Source of the DNA: Planctomycetota bacterium
Lineage (GTDB): Bacteria; Planctomycetota; Planctomycetia; Pirellulales; Lacipirellulaceae
Assembly (NCBI GenBank): GCA_039190745.1
Contig: JBCCXZ010000003.1
Span: forward strand, 1-64,000
Length of the DNA: 64,000 bases
Direction: 5' to 3'
The notes beneath the pieces are model-generated. The model was not told the origin of the DNA. It saw only the letters and a list, made by a program, of their open reading frames with translations, and ran no database searches. Within the stretch, counting starts at the first letter, position 1. Each line of letters starts with the position of its first letter. Positions 26,393 through 36,868 of the stretch are shown here, piece by piece. The position numbers and the translations under genes are program-made.

Positions 26393-27445
26393 ATGGGGGC
26401 AGCCCTTCTTAACAGCCTGATCTACCTCGTCGGCGTCCCCGCCACGCTTTGGGCCGCCGGGGCACTCTTCTACGACGCCGGCCGCGCTAAACCACTCGGC
26501 ATGGTACTGGCCATCCTCTGGATCGTCGCCGTAGCGGCGCTGTTTTACTTCCTCGCCCCGCCGTGGAAGGCCTTCGGCGTCTTCGCCATCGCGATGACGG
26601 TCCTGCTCTCCTGGTGGTTCTCGCAGAAGCCCTCCATGCACCGCGACTGGGACCCCAACTACGCCCGCTTGCCCCGCATCATTCTCGATGGCGATTCGGT
26701 CGTCATCGAGAACCTCCGCAACTCCGAATACCACCCCGATGGCCAGTCCACCGCACGGTTCGAGACCCGCCGCTATCGTATCTCACAGCTCAAGGGCGTC
26801 GACACGCTCGTCCTTACCTTCGGCGTCCCCACGATGAGCCACCCCATGTTCGTCTTCGACTTCGGCGCAGACGGACGCGTCTGCATCTCGATCGAGGTCC
26901 GCTACCGCGTCGGGCAGAAGTACGAAGTGCTCCCCAGCATCTACCGCCAGCAGTAACTCATCTACGTCGTCAGCGACGAACGCGACTCTGTCCTCCGCCG
27001 CACCCTCGGCCACGACGACCACGACCTCTACCTCTACCGCCTCAACGCCGAGGGGCTGGTCGTCCACCAGTTCTTCCTCGAGTACGCCAACAGCATCAAC
27101 CACCTCGCCGAGACGCCCCGCTGGTACAACGGCATCACCCAGAACTGCACCACCAGCATCTACTCCCAAGCCAAGGGACGCATGCCGTGGGACTGGCGCA
27201 TCCTCTTCAACGGGGCTCTGGGCCGCATGATGTACGAGCGAGGCGTCCTCGACCAAACCCTGCCCTACGACGAGCTCAAACGCCAGAGCCGCGTGACCGA
27301 CATCGCCAACCGAGCGCCGGCCGAAGGCTTCAGCGACTACCTCCGCGCTGAACTGCCCGGCTACCGGCCCCGCGAAGCAGGCCAGCCAGACACGCCCGAA
27401 GAGCCAGACGCGCCGGAAGAGATCGAAGAAGGAGCCCAGGCGTGA
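26393..27445 (+). pseudogene. DUF4105 (Lnb N-terminal-like) membrane protein interrupted by one in-frame TAA at 26954-26956
   Basis: One frame reads YRQQ*LIYVVSDERDSVLRR...PRWYNGITQNCTT...WDWRILFNG; family-like motifs continue across the stop. Confidence 0.8.
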
Positions 27446-29271
27446 TCCTCGACAGAGTCCTGCTCCTCAAACGCCACCCCTGCTCCCGGGGCCTCGACCA
27501 GCAAGCATTAGAAGAAGTCGCCGAAGCCGCCGAGCTGCTGCGCCTCGACTCGGGCGAGGTCGTCTGCCGCCCCGGCGACCCGATCCACAGCGTCTTCCTC
27601 GTCATCCACGGCCGGCTCCGCGTCGAACTCCATGACGAGAAGGGCCACCTCATGGTCGACCGTCTCCTCCACTGGGGGAGCCAGTTCGGCGGGCTCGCCG
27701 CGGCCTTTGGCGAGCCGATCCCCCTCGGCTGCACCGTCGAAGACCCCTGCCTGCTACTCCGCCTCGACCACGAGCGCGTGGTGGACCTTACCAAAAAGCA
27801 CGATGCGCTCCGAGCCAACTTCGCACGCCTCATCGCCCTCGGCGTCCGCAACGCCGTCTTCGCCGACAAGACCCCCCGACCGCCGCGCTTAGTCAGCTTC
27901 TTCCACGCCTCCGACGCCACCCGCGGCATCCCCCAGAAGCTCGTCGAACGGCTCGCCTCCCTCGGCGAGGACATCGGCGTCTTCACGGACTGCCCCCTTG
28001 AGTTCCCCGCTGCGGCCGAGCACCAAAGGATCAGCAACGACAACCTCCCTGCACCTAAAGAAATCCAGAACCGGGCCGCCGAACTCAGCCAGGACGGCCG
28101 CGTCTGCTTCGACGTGGCAGTCGATTACAACCGAGAGCGAGCGCTCGACGCCTGCGAGGCCTGCGGCCAGCTCTACTGGTGCGTCACTCCCGACAACTGG
28201 GAGTCGTCGCTCCCCCACATGCAAGCAATCATGCAGCGCGCACCCACCTGGCGCGACAAGCTATTCATTGTCTGGCTGCTCGAGCCCGGCCAGCACGCGC
28301 CGGTTGCCGAGCAACTCCGCGAACACTCCGCGGGCGATTTCAAAGTGTGCTTCGCAGAGCCCGCAGAAAACCAAGGCCCCACGGTCACGCAGGGCTTCGA
28401 GCGGCTCGTCCACCGGCTCCGAGGCGTTCAGATCGGCCTCGCGCTCGGCGGCGGAGCCGCCCGCGGCATGGCCCACCTCGGCGTCCTCCGCGCCCTGCAA
28501 GAGCACGGCATCGTCGTCGACCAGATCGTCGGCACCAGCGCCGGCGCAATGACCGGAATCTTGTGCGCCGCCGGCTTCCGGCCCAACTACCTCATCGAGC
28601 GGTTCATGGCCGACCTCCGCCCGTCGCGCCCCTTCCGATGGCTCCCCCGCGGCGCCCAGTGGTACCTGCTTTACAAGTACCGCACGCGCCAGTTCGACCC
28701 CATGCTCCGCAGGTACCTGGAAGACCTCCGCATCGAGCAGCTCCCCATGCCGGTCCGATCCGTAGCGGTCGACCTCATCAGCGGGCAGACCGTCGTCCGC
28801 AACTCCGGCGACGCGGTGCACGGCATCGTCGAGAGCATCAACCTCCCCCTGCTCGCTACGCCCATCAACCGCGAGGGCCAAGCACTCGTCGACGGCGGCC
28901 TGCTCAACAACGTCCCCGCCGACGAGCTCTCCAAGAACGAGTGCAACTTCGTCATCGCCGTCAGCGTCACCGCCAAGATGGAGTACGAGTTCGCCAAGAA
29001 CCGCGTGGACACGCCGCTCGACAGCATGCGCCGCGCCTCCACTATCCAGACGCTGCTCCGCAGCACGCTGGTGCAGAGCTACAACATGAACTCCATTGGC
29101 GTGGCACCAGCCGACATCGTCATCGAGCCCGACGTCACCGGCTTCGACCTCACCGACTTCGGCAGCACCGACGCCATGGCCGAGGTCGGCGCCCAGGCAA
29201 CAGCCGAAGCGATGAACAAAATCAAGAGCCTCCTCCACACGCTCGACGGCAAGCTCTTCCCCGAAGCGTAG
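27442..29271 (+). CDS. Cyclic-nucleotide-binding patatin-like phospholipase (NTE family)
   Basis: N-terminal cNMP-binding domain; GGGAARG, GTSAG and DGG motifs. Confidence 0.92.
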   Translation: MILDRVLLLKRHPCSRGLDQQALEEVAEAAELLRLDSGEVVCRPGDPIHSVFLVIHGRLRVELHDEKGHLMVDRLLHWGSQFGGLAAAFGEPIPLGCTVEDPCLLLRLDHERVVDLTKKHDALRANFARLIALGVRNAVFADKTPRPPRLVSFFHASDATRGIPQKLVERLASLGEDIGVFTDCPLEFPAAAEHQRISNDNLPAPKEIQNRAAELSQDGRVCFDVAVDYNRERALDACEACGQLYWCVTPDNWESSLPHMQAIMQRAPTWRDKLFIVWLLEPGQHAPVAEQLREHSAGDFKVCFAEPAENQGPTVTQGFERLVHRLRGVQIGLALGGGAARGMAHLGVLRALQEHGIVVDQIVGTSAGAMTGILCAAGFRPNYLIERFMADLRPSRPFRWLPRGAQWYLLYKYRTRQFDPMLRRYLEDLRIEQLPMPVRSVAVDLISGQTVVRNSGDAVHGIVESINLPLLATPINREGQALVDGGLLNNVPADELSKNECNFVIAVSVTAKMEYEFAKNRVDTPLDSMRRASTIQTLLRSTLVQSYNMNSIGVAPADIVIEPDVTGFDLTDFGSTDAMAEVGAQATAEAMNKIKSLLHTLDGKLFPEA

Positions 29272-29645
29272 CAAGCGATCAGCGCCTAAGCCGTAAGGCG
29301 TTGGAAGTCCTAAGCCGCTGCTTCCTTGTAGCTGCTTTCTTGTAGAAAGTGGCCACCCACTCTGATAAACAGAGGGTGCGTTGCACGTTTCGTGCTAGCG
29401 CACACCTAGAAAACTCAAGCCGCATTGGCCAAAACAGACCGCGGCTCGTCCGCCTCCAACAACGACTTCGCCCTACAAACACCGACCTCTGACCTCCGAC
29501 CCCTCGCCACTCCCAACCGCCTTTAGGCGTATCGCCGCGAGTTTTCCCCGGCATCGTTCGCATAGAAACCGCAAACCCTGGTCATACGGATACTTCCAGC
29601 AACGCTCCGATCAGTATCGCCGACCGCCAACCGACAAAACACAAC

Positions 29646-31154
29646 ATGCCCACCCCAGGCTACCTAGGAATCGACGCCGGAACGCAGGGGCTCTCCGTCC
29701 TGTTCGTCGACCAGAACATGCAGACCGTCGCCCTCGGCGAAGGCGACTATGAGATGGTCCCTGGCCTCGCCGAAGGCTGCTACGAACAACAGCCCGAAGA
29801 CTGGATTGCCGCTCTACGCAGCGCCAGCCGCCAGCTGCACGACAAACTCGCCGCCCAAGGCGTCCAGCCGGAGGTGCTCGCCATCGGCATCTCCGGCCAG
29901 ATGCACGGCGAAGTCCTCGCCGACGAATCCGGCCAGCCGCTCGGCCCGGCCCGCCTCTGGTGCGACGCCCGCAACGACGCCGAAGGCGAAGAGCTCACTA
30001 AGCTGCTGGGCGTCAAAATCCCCAAGCGGATGACCGCCGCCCGCTGGCTCTGGACCCTCCGCAACCAGCCCGAACGCGCCGGGCGCTGCCGCCGCCTCAC
30101 CACGCCCGCCGGCTGGATCGCCCACGCCCTCACCGGCCAGTGGCAGATCGGCGTCGGCGACGCCTCGGGGATGTTTCCCATCGATCCTCAGACTTACGGC
30201 TACCGCACAGACCTGCTCGACCGCTTCGCAACCATCACCGACGACGCACCGTCGCTCGCCGAGCTGCTCCCCGAACCCCGCGTCGCCGGCCAGCCGGCCG
30301 GCGTCCTCAACGAAGCCGGAGCCGACCTGCTCAGCCTGCCTGTAGGCGTCCCCGTCGCCCCCGCCGAGGGCGACCAACCAGCCTCGCTCGCCGCCTCGCT
30401 CATCGGCGAGCCCGGCATGGTCTCGATGAGCTTCGGCACCTCCGTAGTGGCCAACTCCGTCAGCGACCGACCGTTCGAGGGCACGCACGCCGCGGTCGAC
30501 CACTTCTGCGCACCCGACGGAAAGCCGATCAACATGGTCTGCCTAACGAACGGAACTACTTTTCTCAATGCAGTGGTCCAGATGCTCGGCGGCCGGTTCG
30601 AGGAAGTCATGCCCGCACTGCTCCAGGCCCCGCCCGACTGCGGCGGGCTGATCGCCCTGCCGCTGATGGACGACGAACCCGCCCTCGGCGTGAGCACAGG
30701 CGGCACCGCGACCCTGTTCGGGCTAGATGCGGAGAACGCCACGCCCGGCAACGCCGCCAAGGCGGCCCTGCTGGCCACCACATTCAACCTCCGCATCGGC
30801 AGCGAGGTCCTCGCCGCGCAGGGCCAGCCCCGCACGCGGATCATCCTTACCGGCGGCCTCGCCAAGACGCCCGAACTAGGCCAGGTCCTCGCCGATGTCT
30901 TCGCCACGCCGTTGGTCGTGCCCGACGCCGCCGACGAAGGCGCCGCCTGGGGCGCTGCGCTGCTGGCCAAGTACCTCCACGACTCTGCGTCCAACACGGC
31001 AGCGCCGTGGCCTGAGTTCCTTGAGTCCCACGCCGCCGCGCCCCTCGCCGAGTTCCAGCCCGACGCCAACCGCAGCCGTGATTACGACGACGTCTACGCC
31101 CGCTACCAACGGTTGCTCGCCGCCCGCCCAACCCTGGCGACGGTTAACGCATGA
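29646..31154 (+). CDS. FGGY-family sugar kinase (xylulokinase-like)
   Basis: YLGIDAGTQ, IGISGQMHG, LWCDAR, GDQPA, LTGGLAK. Confidence 0.9.
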   Translation: MPTPGYLGIDAGTQGLSVLFVDQNMQTVALGEGDYEMVPGLAEGCYEQQPEDWIAALRSASRQLHDKLAAQGVQPEVLAIGISGQMHGEVLADESGQPLGPARLWCDARNDAEGEELTKLLGVKIPKRMTAARWLWTLRNQPERAGRCRRLTTPAGWIAHALTGQWQIGVGDASGMFPIDPQTYGYRTDLLDRFATITDDAPSLAELLPEPRVAGQPAGVLNEAGADLLSLPVGVPVAPAEGDQPASLAASLIGEPGMVSMSFGTSVVANSVSDRPFEGTHAAVDHFCAPDGKPINMVCLTNGTTFLNAVVQMLGGRFEEVMPALLQAPPDCGGLIALPLMDDEPALGVSTGGTATLFGLDAENATPGNAAKAALLATTFNLRIGSEVLAAQGQPRTRIILTGGLAKTPELGQVLADVFATPLVVPDAADEGAAWGAALLAKYLHDSASNTAAPWPEFLESHAAAPLAEFQPDANRSRDYDDVYARYQRLLAARPTLATVNA

Positions 31155-32152
31155 CCAGCGCTGCCAAACCCACCATCGCGATCTCCACCGGCGACCCCGC
31201 CGGCGTCGGGCCCGAGATCGTCTGCAAAGCGCTTGCCGACGTGGGCTTGCGGAACGCGGCCCGCTGGGTGCTCATCGGAGAACGGTGGGTCTTCGACAAA
31301 CACCAGGAGCAAACCCCGCTAGAGATCGACCAGCACGCGGCTGACTGGAAGCAACTCGACGGCAGCGCTTCGGTTGCACTGCTCGACGCCCGCCAACTGG
31401 GAGCCGAGCAAACGGTTGTCGGGAAGGTCGACGCCGCGTGCGGAGCCGCCTCACTCGAGTATGTTTGCCAAGCCGCCGCCGCCTGCATCGACGGCCGGGC
31501 CGACGCCATGGTCACCGCGCCGCTGAGTAAAGAGGCGGTCGCTCTGAATGGCGTCCCCTTCACCGGCCACACCGAGTACATCGCCGACCTCTGCGGCCGC
31601 GACGACTCGCGGCTGCTGCTGTACCACAAGCAGATCTCGGTTGTGCACGTCTCCACACACGTCAGCCTGGTCGAAGCGGCTCGGCTCGACATCCGCCGGA
31701 TCACCAAGACGATCGAGCTGGGCGCCGAAGCGATGCGGCGGTTTGGCGTTGCTCACCCCCGCGTTGCGGTTTGTGGGCTCAACCCCCACGCCGGTGAGAA
31801 CGGCCTGTTCGGCACGGAGGAAGCCGAGTTCATTGCACCTGCGATCGAAGCGGCTCGCGGCTCCGGTATCGACTGCTACGGCCCGCTGCCGGCCGACACG
31901 GTCTTCCTCCAAGCAGTCAACGGCGCCCACGACCTGGTTGTCGCGATGTACCACGACCAGGGGCACGCCCCAATGAAGCTGTTCGACTTCGAGCACACCG
32001 TGAACGTCACTCTCGGCCTGCCGATCATCCGGACCTCGGTCGACCACGGCACGGCGTTCGACATCGCCGGCAAGGGGCTGGCCTCGGAGGTCGATATGCA
32101 GACCGCCATGCGGCTGGCGTTGCGGATGGCCGGAGCACCGGCCCCGGCTTAA
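31151..32152 (+). CDS. pdxA: PdxA-family dehydrogenase
   Basis: GDPAGVGPE, GHTEY, LNPHAGE, MYHDQGH, RTSVDHGTAFDIAG. Confidence 0.93.
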   Translation: MTSAAKPTIAISTGDPAGVGPEIVCKALADVGLRNAARWVLIGERWVFDKHQEQTPLEIDQHAADWKQLDGSASVALLDARQLGAEQTVVGKVDAACGAASLEYVCQAAAACIDGRADAMVTAPLSKEAVALNGVPFTGHTEYIADLCGRDDSRLLLYHKQISVVHVSTHVSLVEAARLDIRRITKTIELGAEAMRRFGVAHPRVAVCGLNPHAGENGLFGTEEAEFIAPAIEAARGSGIDCYGPLPADTVFLQAVNGAHDLVVAMYHDQGHAPMKLFDFEHTVNVTLGLPIIRTSVDHGTAFDIAGKGLASEVDMQTAMRLALRMAGAPAPA

Positions 32153-32308
32153 CAGGTCCTAGCGCAACCCGATCAAACCTCATATGCCGCACCCGCGGGC
32201 GCCAAACTCCTGTCGCCGCCTGGAGTATGGCATAGTTGTGTAAGGCCGCACCGCGTAGCAAGCGGCCCCTGTTTGCCGGTCCTCACAGCACTCAGCCCCT
32301 CTCCTCTC

Positions 32309-32908
32309 ATGACTACACTCCAAAGCGGTGCGTCCGCAGTCTCCCGTGTCCATTGCGAGGCCTGCGATCTTGCGCTGCCCTTACGCCTGGGCGGCATGAG
32401 CGAACGATCGGCCCAATGGGAATGCGGCCGCTGCGGCTCGTCGTTCATGTCGGTTTACGACACGGTCTCGCCCAAGCACCGGATGTCGCTCATCCGCTTG
32501 GGCGACCTGCACTTCGACGTCTCACGCGCGCCGAAGATCACTCCGCAGATCAAGTCGCGGATCGAGATGCTGGTCGACGATCAGCACAGCGACGTTTTTC
32601 ACGAAGCCCGCAGAGAAAAACGCGTGCGTCGGTCGTTGCCGATCACCTGCGTCCGCGTCGACGAGAACCTCTCCCCCACCGGCGGCGGATTCGCGGCCAT
32701 GTTGGTGGATATCTCCACGGGCGGTCTGGGCATGGTGAGCCTGGAGCCGATCGATACCGAGTCGGTGATTGTGCAGCTGCCAAAGCCTCAGGACCGGCTG
32801 ATGCAGGTGTTGCTGAAGATCACGCACAACCACGAGATCGACCGCGACCTGCACCGCGTCGGCGGCCCGCTGGTAGGCCGGTTCGCCGAGGCCGTTTTGC
32901 AGGGCTAG
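32309..32908 (+). CDS. PilZ domain protein with N-terminal Zn-ribbon
   Basis: CEAC...CGRC; RREKR...DISTGG (RxxxR and DxSxxG c-di-GMP motifs). Confidence 0.8.
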   Translation: MTTLQSGASAVSRVHCEACDLALPLRLGGMSERSAQWECGRCGSSFMSVYDTVSPKHRMSLIRLGDLHFDVSRAPKITPQIKSRIEMLVDDQHSDVFHEARREKRVRRSLPITCVRVDENLSPTGGGFAAMLVDISTGGLGMVSLEPIDTESVIVQLPKPQDRLMQVLLKITHNHEIDRDLHRVGGPLVGRFAEAVLQG

Positions 32909-32961
32909 CCTAGGTTGTGCGCTACGGCTCGGGGGCGGCGGATTCGTTTGACTGTTGCGGG

Positions 32962-34050
32962 CTAACGCTGCACGCGTGCGGAACCGCCCGTCGCCAGCGC
33001 TTCGACCTCCGCGAGCGAGGCCATCGACACGTCTCCTGTGAAGGTGGTCAGCAACGCGCCGTGGGCCCAGCCGATCCGCAGGGCTTCTTCGTAGGGCCGG
33101 CCGCTGATCAGGCTGTAGATCAGGCCCGAGGCGAAGCCGTCTCCGCCGCCGATGCGGTCGACGACGTCGAGCTCGAGCGTGGGGCTGGCGAGCTGCTGGC
33201 CGTCGATCCAGAGGACGGCGCCCCAGTTGTGACGGTTTGTGCTCTTGACCTCGCGGAGTGTCGTGGCGACGGCTTTCACCTGCGGGAGTTCGGCTCGCAC
33301 GGAATCGATCATGGCGAAGAAGGTCTGCGGGTCGAGCTTCGAAGCGATTTTCTCCTCGACCTCGGGGCCGCGGATCCCGAGGCCTTTCTGGAGGTCCTCC
33401 TCGTTGCCGATCAGGACGTCGACGTGCTCGACGATGCGGCGGAACACTTGCTGCGCCTCTTCGATCCCGCCGCGTGCGGCCCAGAGCTTCGCGCGGTAGT
33501 TGAGGTCGAACGAGGTGACGGCTCCCGAAGCCTTGGCGGCCTGCATGGCCTCGATGATCAGCTCGGCGGTCGTGTCGGAGAGGGCTGCAAAGATGCCTCC
33601 GGAATGGAACCAGCGGACGCCTCCGCCGAAAATCTGTTGCCAATCGAAATCTCCGGGTTGGAGCAGGGCGCCGGCTTCGTTGGAGCGGTTGTAGAACACC
33701 ACAGGCGGGCGGACGCCCTGGCCCCGGTCGCTGTAGACCGTGGCGATGTTCGGGCCGCGGACGCCGTCGTAATCGAAGTGCTTGTAGAAGGGCCGGACGC
33801 CCATTTCACGCACCCGAGCCTGGACGAGCTCGCCGATCGGGCTGTCGACCATCGCGGTGGCAACCGCTGTATCCAGGCCGAAGCAGCTCGCGAGGTTTGC
33901 GGCGGTGTTGTACTCGCCCCCCGAGACGTGCACTTCGAAGGAACGGGCCCGGCGGAAGGGGATGATGCCGGGGTCGAGTCGGTGGACGAGCGCCCCGAGC
34001 GAGAGGAAGTCGAGTTCGCAGTCGTCTTTGCGGACGTTCAGTGACGGCAT
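32962..34050 (-). CDS. kdgK: PfkB-family sugar kinase (2-keto-3-deoxygluconate kinase-like)
   Basis: SFDLNYRAKLW, GNEED, VVDRIGGGDGFASG. Confidence 0.85.
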   Translation of the reverse strand: MPSLNVRKDDCELDFLSLGALVHRLDPGIIPFRRARSFEVHVSGGEYNTAANLASCFGLDTAVATAMVDSPIGELVQARVREMGVRPFYKHFDYDGVRGPNIATVYSDRGQGVRPPVVFYNRSNEAGALLQPGDFDWQQIFGGGVRWFHSGGIFAALSDTTAELIIEAMQAAKASGAVTSFDLNYRAKLWAARGGIEEAQQVFRRIVEHVDVLIGNEEDLQKGLGIRGPEVEEKIASKLDPQTFFAMIDSVRAELPQVKAVATTLREVKSTNRHNWGAVLWIDGQQLASPTLELDVVDRIGGGDGFASGLIYSLISGRPYEEALRIGWAHGALLTTFTGDVSMASLAEVEALATGGSARVQR

Positions 34051-34285
34051 CTTGGTTCGGCGGGGTAAGGGATGAGAGGGTCTTTGGTACAGGGCGCGGC
34101 GCCCTGATGGTGGACAGCAGTGAGACGAGTTAGAGCGCCAAAGAGACTGTTAGCAGTCTCCCGCGGCCTCAGCGGGTAGGGCTCCGCATGTGAGTATTTT
34201 CTCTGAATGCTCTGCCGACGCCAGTGCCAACGCGGAAGTCGGACTCGGAGTGCGAAAAAAGTGGAAGTGGCGGCTTGGTCGGTGC

Positions 34286-35440
34286 CTACAAAGCCGCCCG
34301 GTAGATCGAAAGCAGGGCTTCGGCGTCGAGCGGGACTGGGTTGAATGAGACCGTCCATTGCGGCAGGGCCTCTTTTGCGAGACGCGGGAGAGAGTCTGCA
34401 GGGATTTGCAGGTCGGAGAGGGTGGTCTTCAGGCCGGCGCGGCGGCACAGTTCTTCGAGCAGGGTCGCGGCAGCGGCTACCGAGTCGCTTGGCGACCCGT
34501 CTCCGCCGGTAAGAGGCCCGGCCAGGAGTTTGTAGGCTTCTGCACAGTCTTGGCAGTTGGCGCCGTTGTAGCGGACGACGTGCGGGAGCATCACGCCGAC
34601 GGCCTGCCCGTGGGGCACTCCGAAGTTTGCCGTGAGCGGGTTTGCCAGCGCGTGGGCGGCCCCGAGCATCGAGTTCTCGATGGCCAAGCCGGCGAAGCAG
34701 GCTCCGAGTTGCATGTCGGCGCGGGCTTCGAGGTTGTCGGGCTCCTCGAAGACACGGATGCCGCTGACCAGCGCACGCCAGGCCTCGCGGGTGAAGGCCT
34801 GTGAGATGGGGTTGCGCTTGGCGGTGACGAGCGTCTCGACCGCGTGCGCAACCGCGTCGATGCCGGTGAGCGCCGTGACCATCGGCGGCTGGGTGAGCGT
34901 GAGCTCGGGATCGAGCACCGCGGTGCTGAAGGCGGCCCGCTTGTCGCCGCAGGCCATTTTCACGTGGGTTTCGGCGTCGGAGATCAGGGCGAAGGACTGG
35001 GCTTCGCTGCCGGTGCCGGCGGTGGTGGGTACGGCGATCATCGGGAGGAGGTCGGCGGTTGCTTTACCGACTCCCCGGTAGTCTTGCATCCGCCCGCCGC
35101 AGGAGTGGATGAAGTTGATGCCCTTGGTGCAGTCCATGCTGCTGCCGCCGCCAAGGCCGACAAGGATTTGCGGGTCGAACTCTTGGGCCACCGCGACGCC
35201 GGCGTCGACGTTGTCGGTGGTGGGGTTCTCCTGGATGCCATCGAACAGGAGGGTTGTGTGGCCGGCGGCTTGGAGCGATTCGATGCCGCGTTGGGTGTGC
35301 CCGGCGGCGATGACGCCGGGATCGCTGGCGACCAGCACGCGGGTGTTGGGTGCGATCAGAGCGGCCAGCGCGCCGAGTTCGGAGACGCGGCCGGGCCCGA
35401 ATGCGATGCGGGTGGGGCAGCTGAAGTCGAACGGCGTCAT
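34286..35440 (-). CDS. Iron-containing alcohol dehydrogenase
   Basis: GGGSSMD, PTTAGTGSE, DAVAHAVE, HALA...HG; start overlaps the ALDH stop. Confidence 0.93.
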   Translation of the reverse strand: MTPFDFSCPTRIAFGPGRVSELGALAALIAPNTRVLVASDPGVIAAGHTQRGIESLQAAGHTTLLFDGIQENPTTDNVDAGVAVAQEFDPQILVGLGGGSSMDCTKGINFIHSCGGRMQDYRGVGKATADLLPMIAVPTTAGTGSEAQSFALISDAETHVKMACGDKRAAFSTAVLDPELTLTQPPMVTALTGIDAVAHAVETLVTAKRNPISQAFTREAWRALVSGIRVFEEPDNLEARADMQLGACFAGLAIENSMLGAAHALANPLTANFGVPHGQAVGVMLPHVVRYNGANCQDCAEAYKLLAGPLTGGDGSPSDSVAAAATLLEELCRRAGLKTTLSDLQIPADSLPRLAKEALPQWTVSFNPVPLDAEALLSIYRAAL

Positions 35441-36864
35441 CCGGCTGCGGCGACCTGCAGCGCTCGGCTGCGGTAGAGGAACTCGATGAGGTTGCCTTCG
35501 TGGGGCTGGAGCCAATCGAGTTGAGGGGTGGGGATCGGGCCTAGGTTGAGCCGATCTATGTCGGTGCTCGCGATGAGGGCGTCTTGGAAATCGACGTCGT
35601 CGGTCAGAGCAGTCCCTACCAGAGTGGGGCCGATGTGGCGGAGCATCTGGTCCTGGGGGCAGCGGACCACACTGGCCATCGGGAACATATACTCTTTGTT
35701 TGCGGCGGGGATTTCGGGCGAGTCGACGTGGAGGATTGTAGGGCGGAGGTAGGCGCAGGTTTCCTGCTCGACAAGCCTGGGCCCGTAAGGCTCGGTGGAA
35801 TGGGCCACACCCTCGGCGGCGATGTCTGCTTCGAGCGCTTTCCAAACCGCGGCGGCCACGCCTTCGGTGGTGAACGCGGCGAGGCCCGCGTCGGGGTCGT
35901 CGGGCGGGAGTGCTTCGATGGGGCCGAGTTTCTCGGCAATCGCCGCGGCAATCTCTTCTGTGTGTCGCGAGGCGTAGACGCTGCTGCAGTTGATACAGCT
36001 CCGGCCCCCGTTGCGGTAGATGCTATCGGCGATCAGGTCGACGTACTCCGGCCAGTTGTCTACGCAGTCGTCGCCGAGGAGGATCTTGCTGTAGCCTGGC
36101 CCGTGGACCTGCACGCGGGGGTTGCCCTCGTACTGTTGCACGGTGCTGGGGCCGCCGAAGATCATCGCCCGGCGGTAGGCTGCGAGCAACGCCCCGCCGA
36201 CTTCCGCTCCGGGCCCGGGGTAGAGGGAGATGGCTTCAGCGGGGATGCCGGCCTCGATCATTGCGGCGGCCACTCGGTACGGCGTCCACGGCTCTTGAGA
36301 ACCCGGCTTGAGGGCGAGCCCCATCTGCAGCGGGATCACCGGCAGCCAGAGCGTGTGAACGCCTGGCGAGTTGGAAGGCAGGACAGCGCCGAGTGCGTCG
36401 GTTTGTGCTTGGTAGCTGACGGTGACTCCGCGGCCTTCTTCGCCGTAGCCGCGGGCGAGGGTGTCTGGTGAGATGCCGCGGGTGAGGCAGTCGAGGATCT
36501 TCTCGATGTTCTTCAGAACGAATGCGTTCTTGGTGACGTTCGCCTTGCACATCGAGATCGGCATGCCGGTGGTGGCTGACTGCTGGGCGACGAAGTCTTC
36601 GGGCGACTGCGGGCTGTCGCCGACCGTGACCGTCCCAGACTCGAAGAGTTCGCCGGCATTCTTACAGCGTTCCATGAGCTCGGTGGGCGAGATCTGTCGG
36701 AGAGCCGCTCGGGCGTGGGCGGCTTTCTTAGCGTCGCGCTTAACGATTCCGCCGCCGACAGTATGGACCTTGGCGACCGGTTCGCCGGTGAGGAAGTGCG
36801 AGACGGTTTCGGCTTCGAGGGACTCGTAGGGCTGGCCCCAGCGGTAGGCTGGTAGTTCGATCAT
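35437..36864 (-). CDS. Aldehyde dehydrogenase / acyl reductase-family protein
   Basis: LPSNSPG, LKPGSQEP, HGPGYSK, GGRSCINCS (catalytic Cys), EYMFP. Confidence 0.88.
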   Translation of the reverse strand: MIELPAYRWGQPYESLEAETVSHFLTGEPVAKVHTVGGGIVKRDAKKAAHARAALRQISPTELMERCKNAGELFESGTVTVGDSPQSPEDFVAQQSATTGMPISMCKANVTKNAFVLKNIEKILDCLTRGISPDTLARGYGEEGRGVTVSYQAQTDALGAVLPSNSPGVHTLWLPVIPLQMGLALKPGSQEPWTPYRVAAAMIEAGIPAEAISLYPGPGAEVGGALLAAYRRAMIFGGPSTVQQYEGNPRVQVHGPGYSKILLGDDCVDNWPEYVDLIADSIYRNGGRSCINCSSVYASRHTEEIAAAIAEKLGPIEALPPDDPDAGLAAFTTEGVAAAVWKALEADIAAEGVAHSTEPYGPRLVEQETCAYLRPTILHVDSPEIPAANKEYMFPMASVVRCPQDQMLRHIGPTLVGTALTDDVDFQDALIASTDIDRLNLGPIPTPQLDWLQPHEGNLIEFLYRSRALQVAAAG

Positions 36865-36868
36865 AAAG

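Noticed and set aside
26954..26956. Selenocysteine or pyrrolysine recoding
   Set aside because: The codon is TAA, not TGA or TAG, and TAA is a normal stop elsewhere in the window
35441..35845. N-terminal extension of the Fe-ADH ORF
   Set aside because: Overlaps the ALDH gene; homology-like sequence begins at ATG 35440
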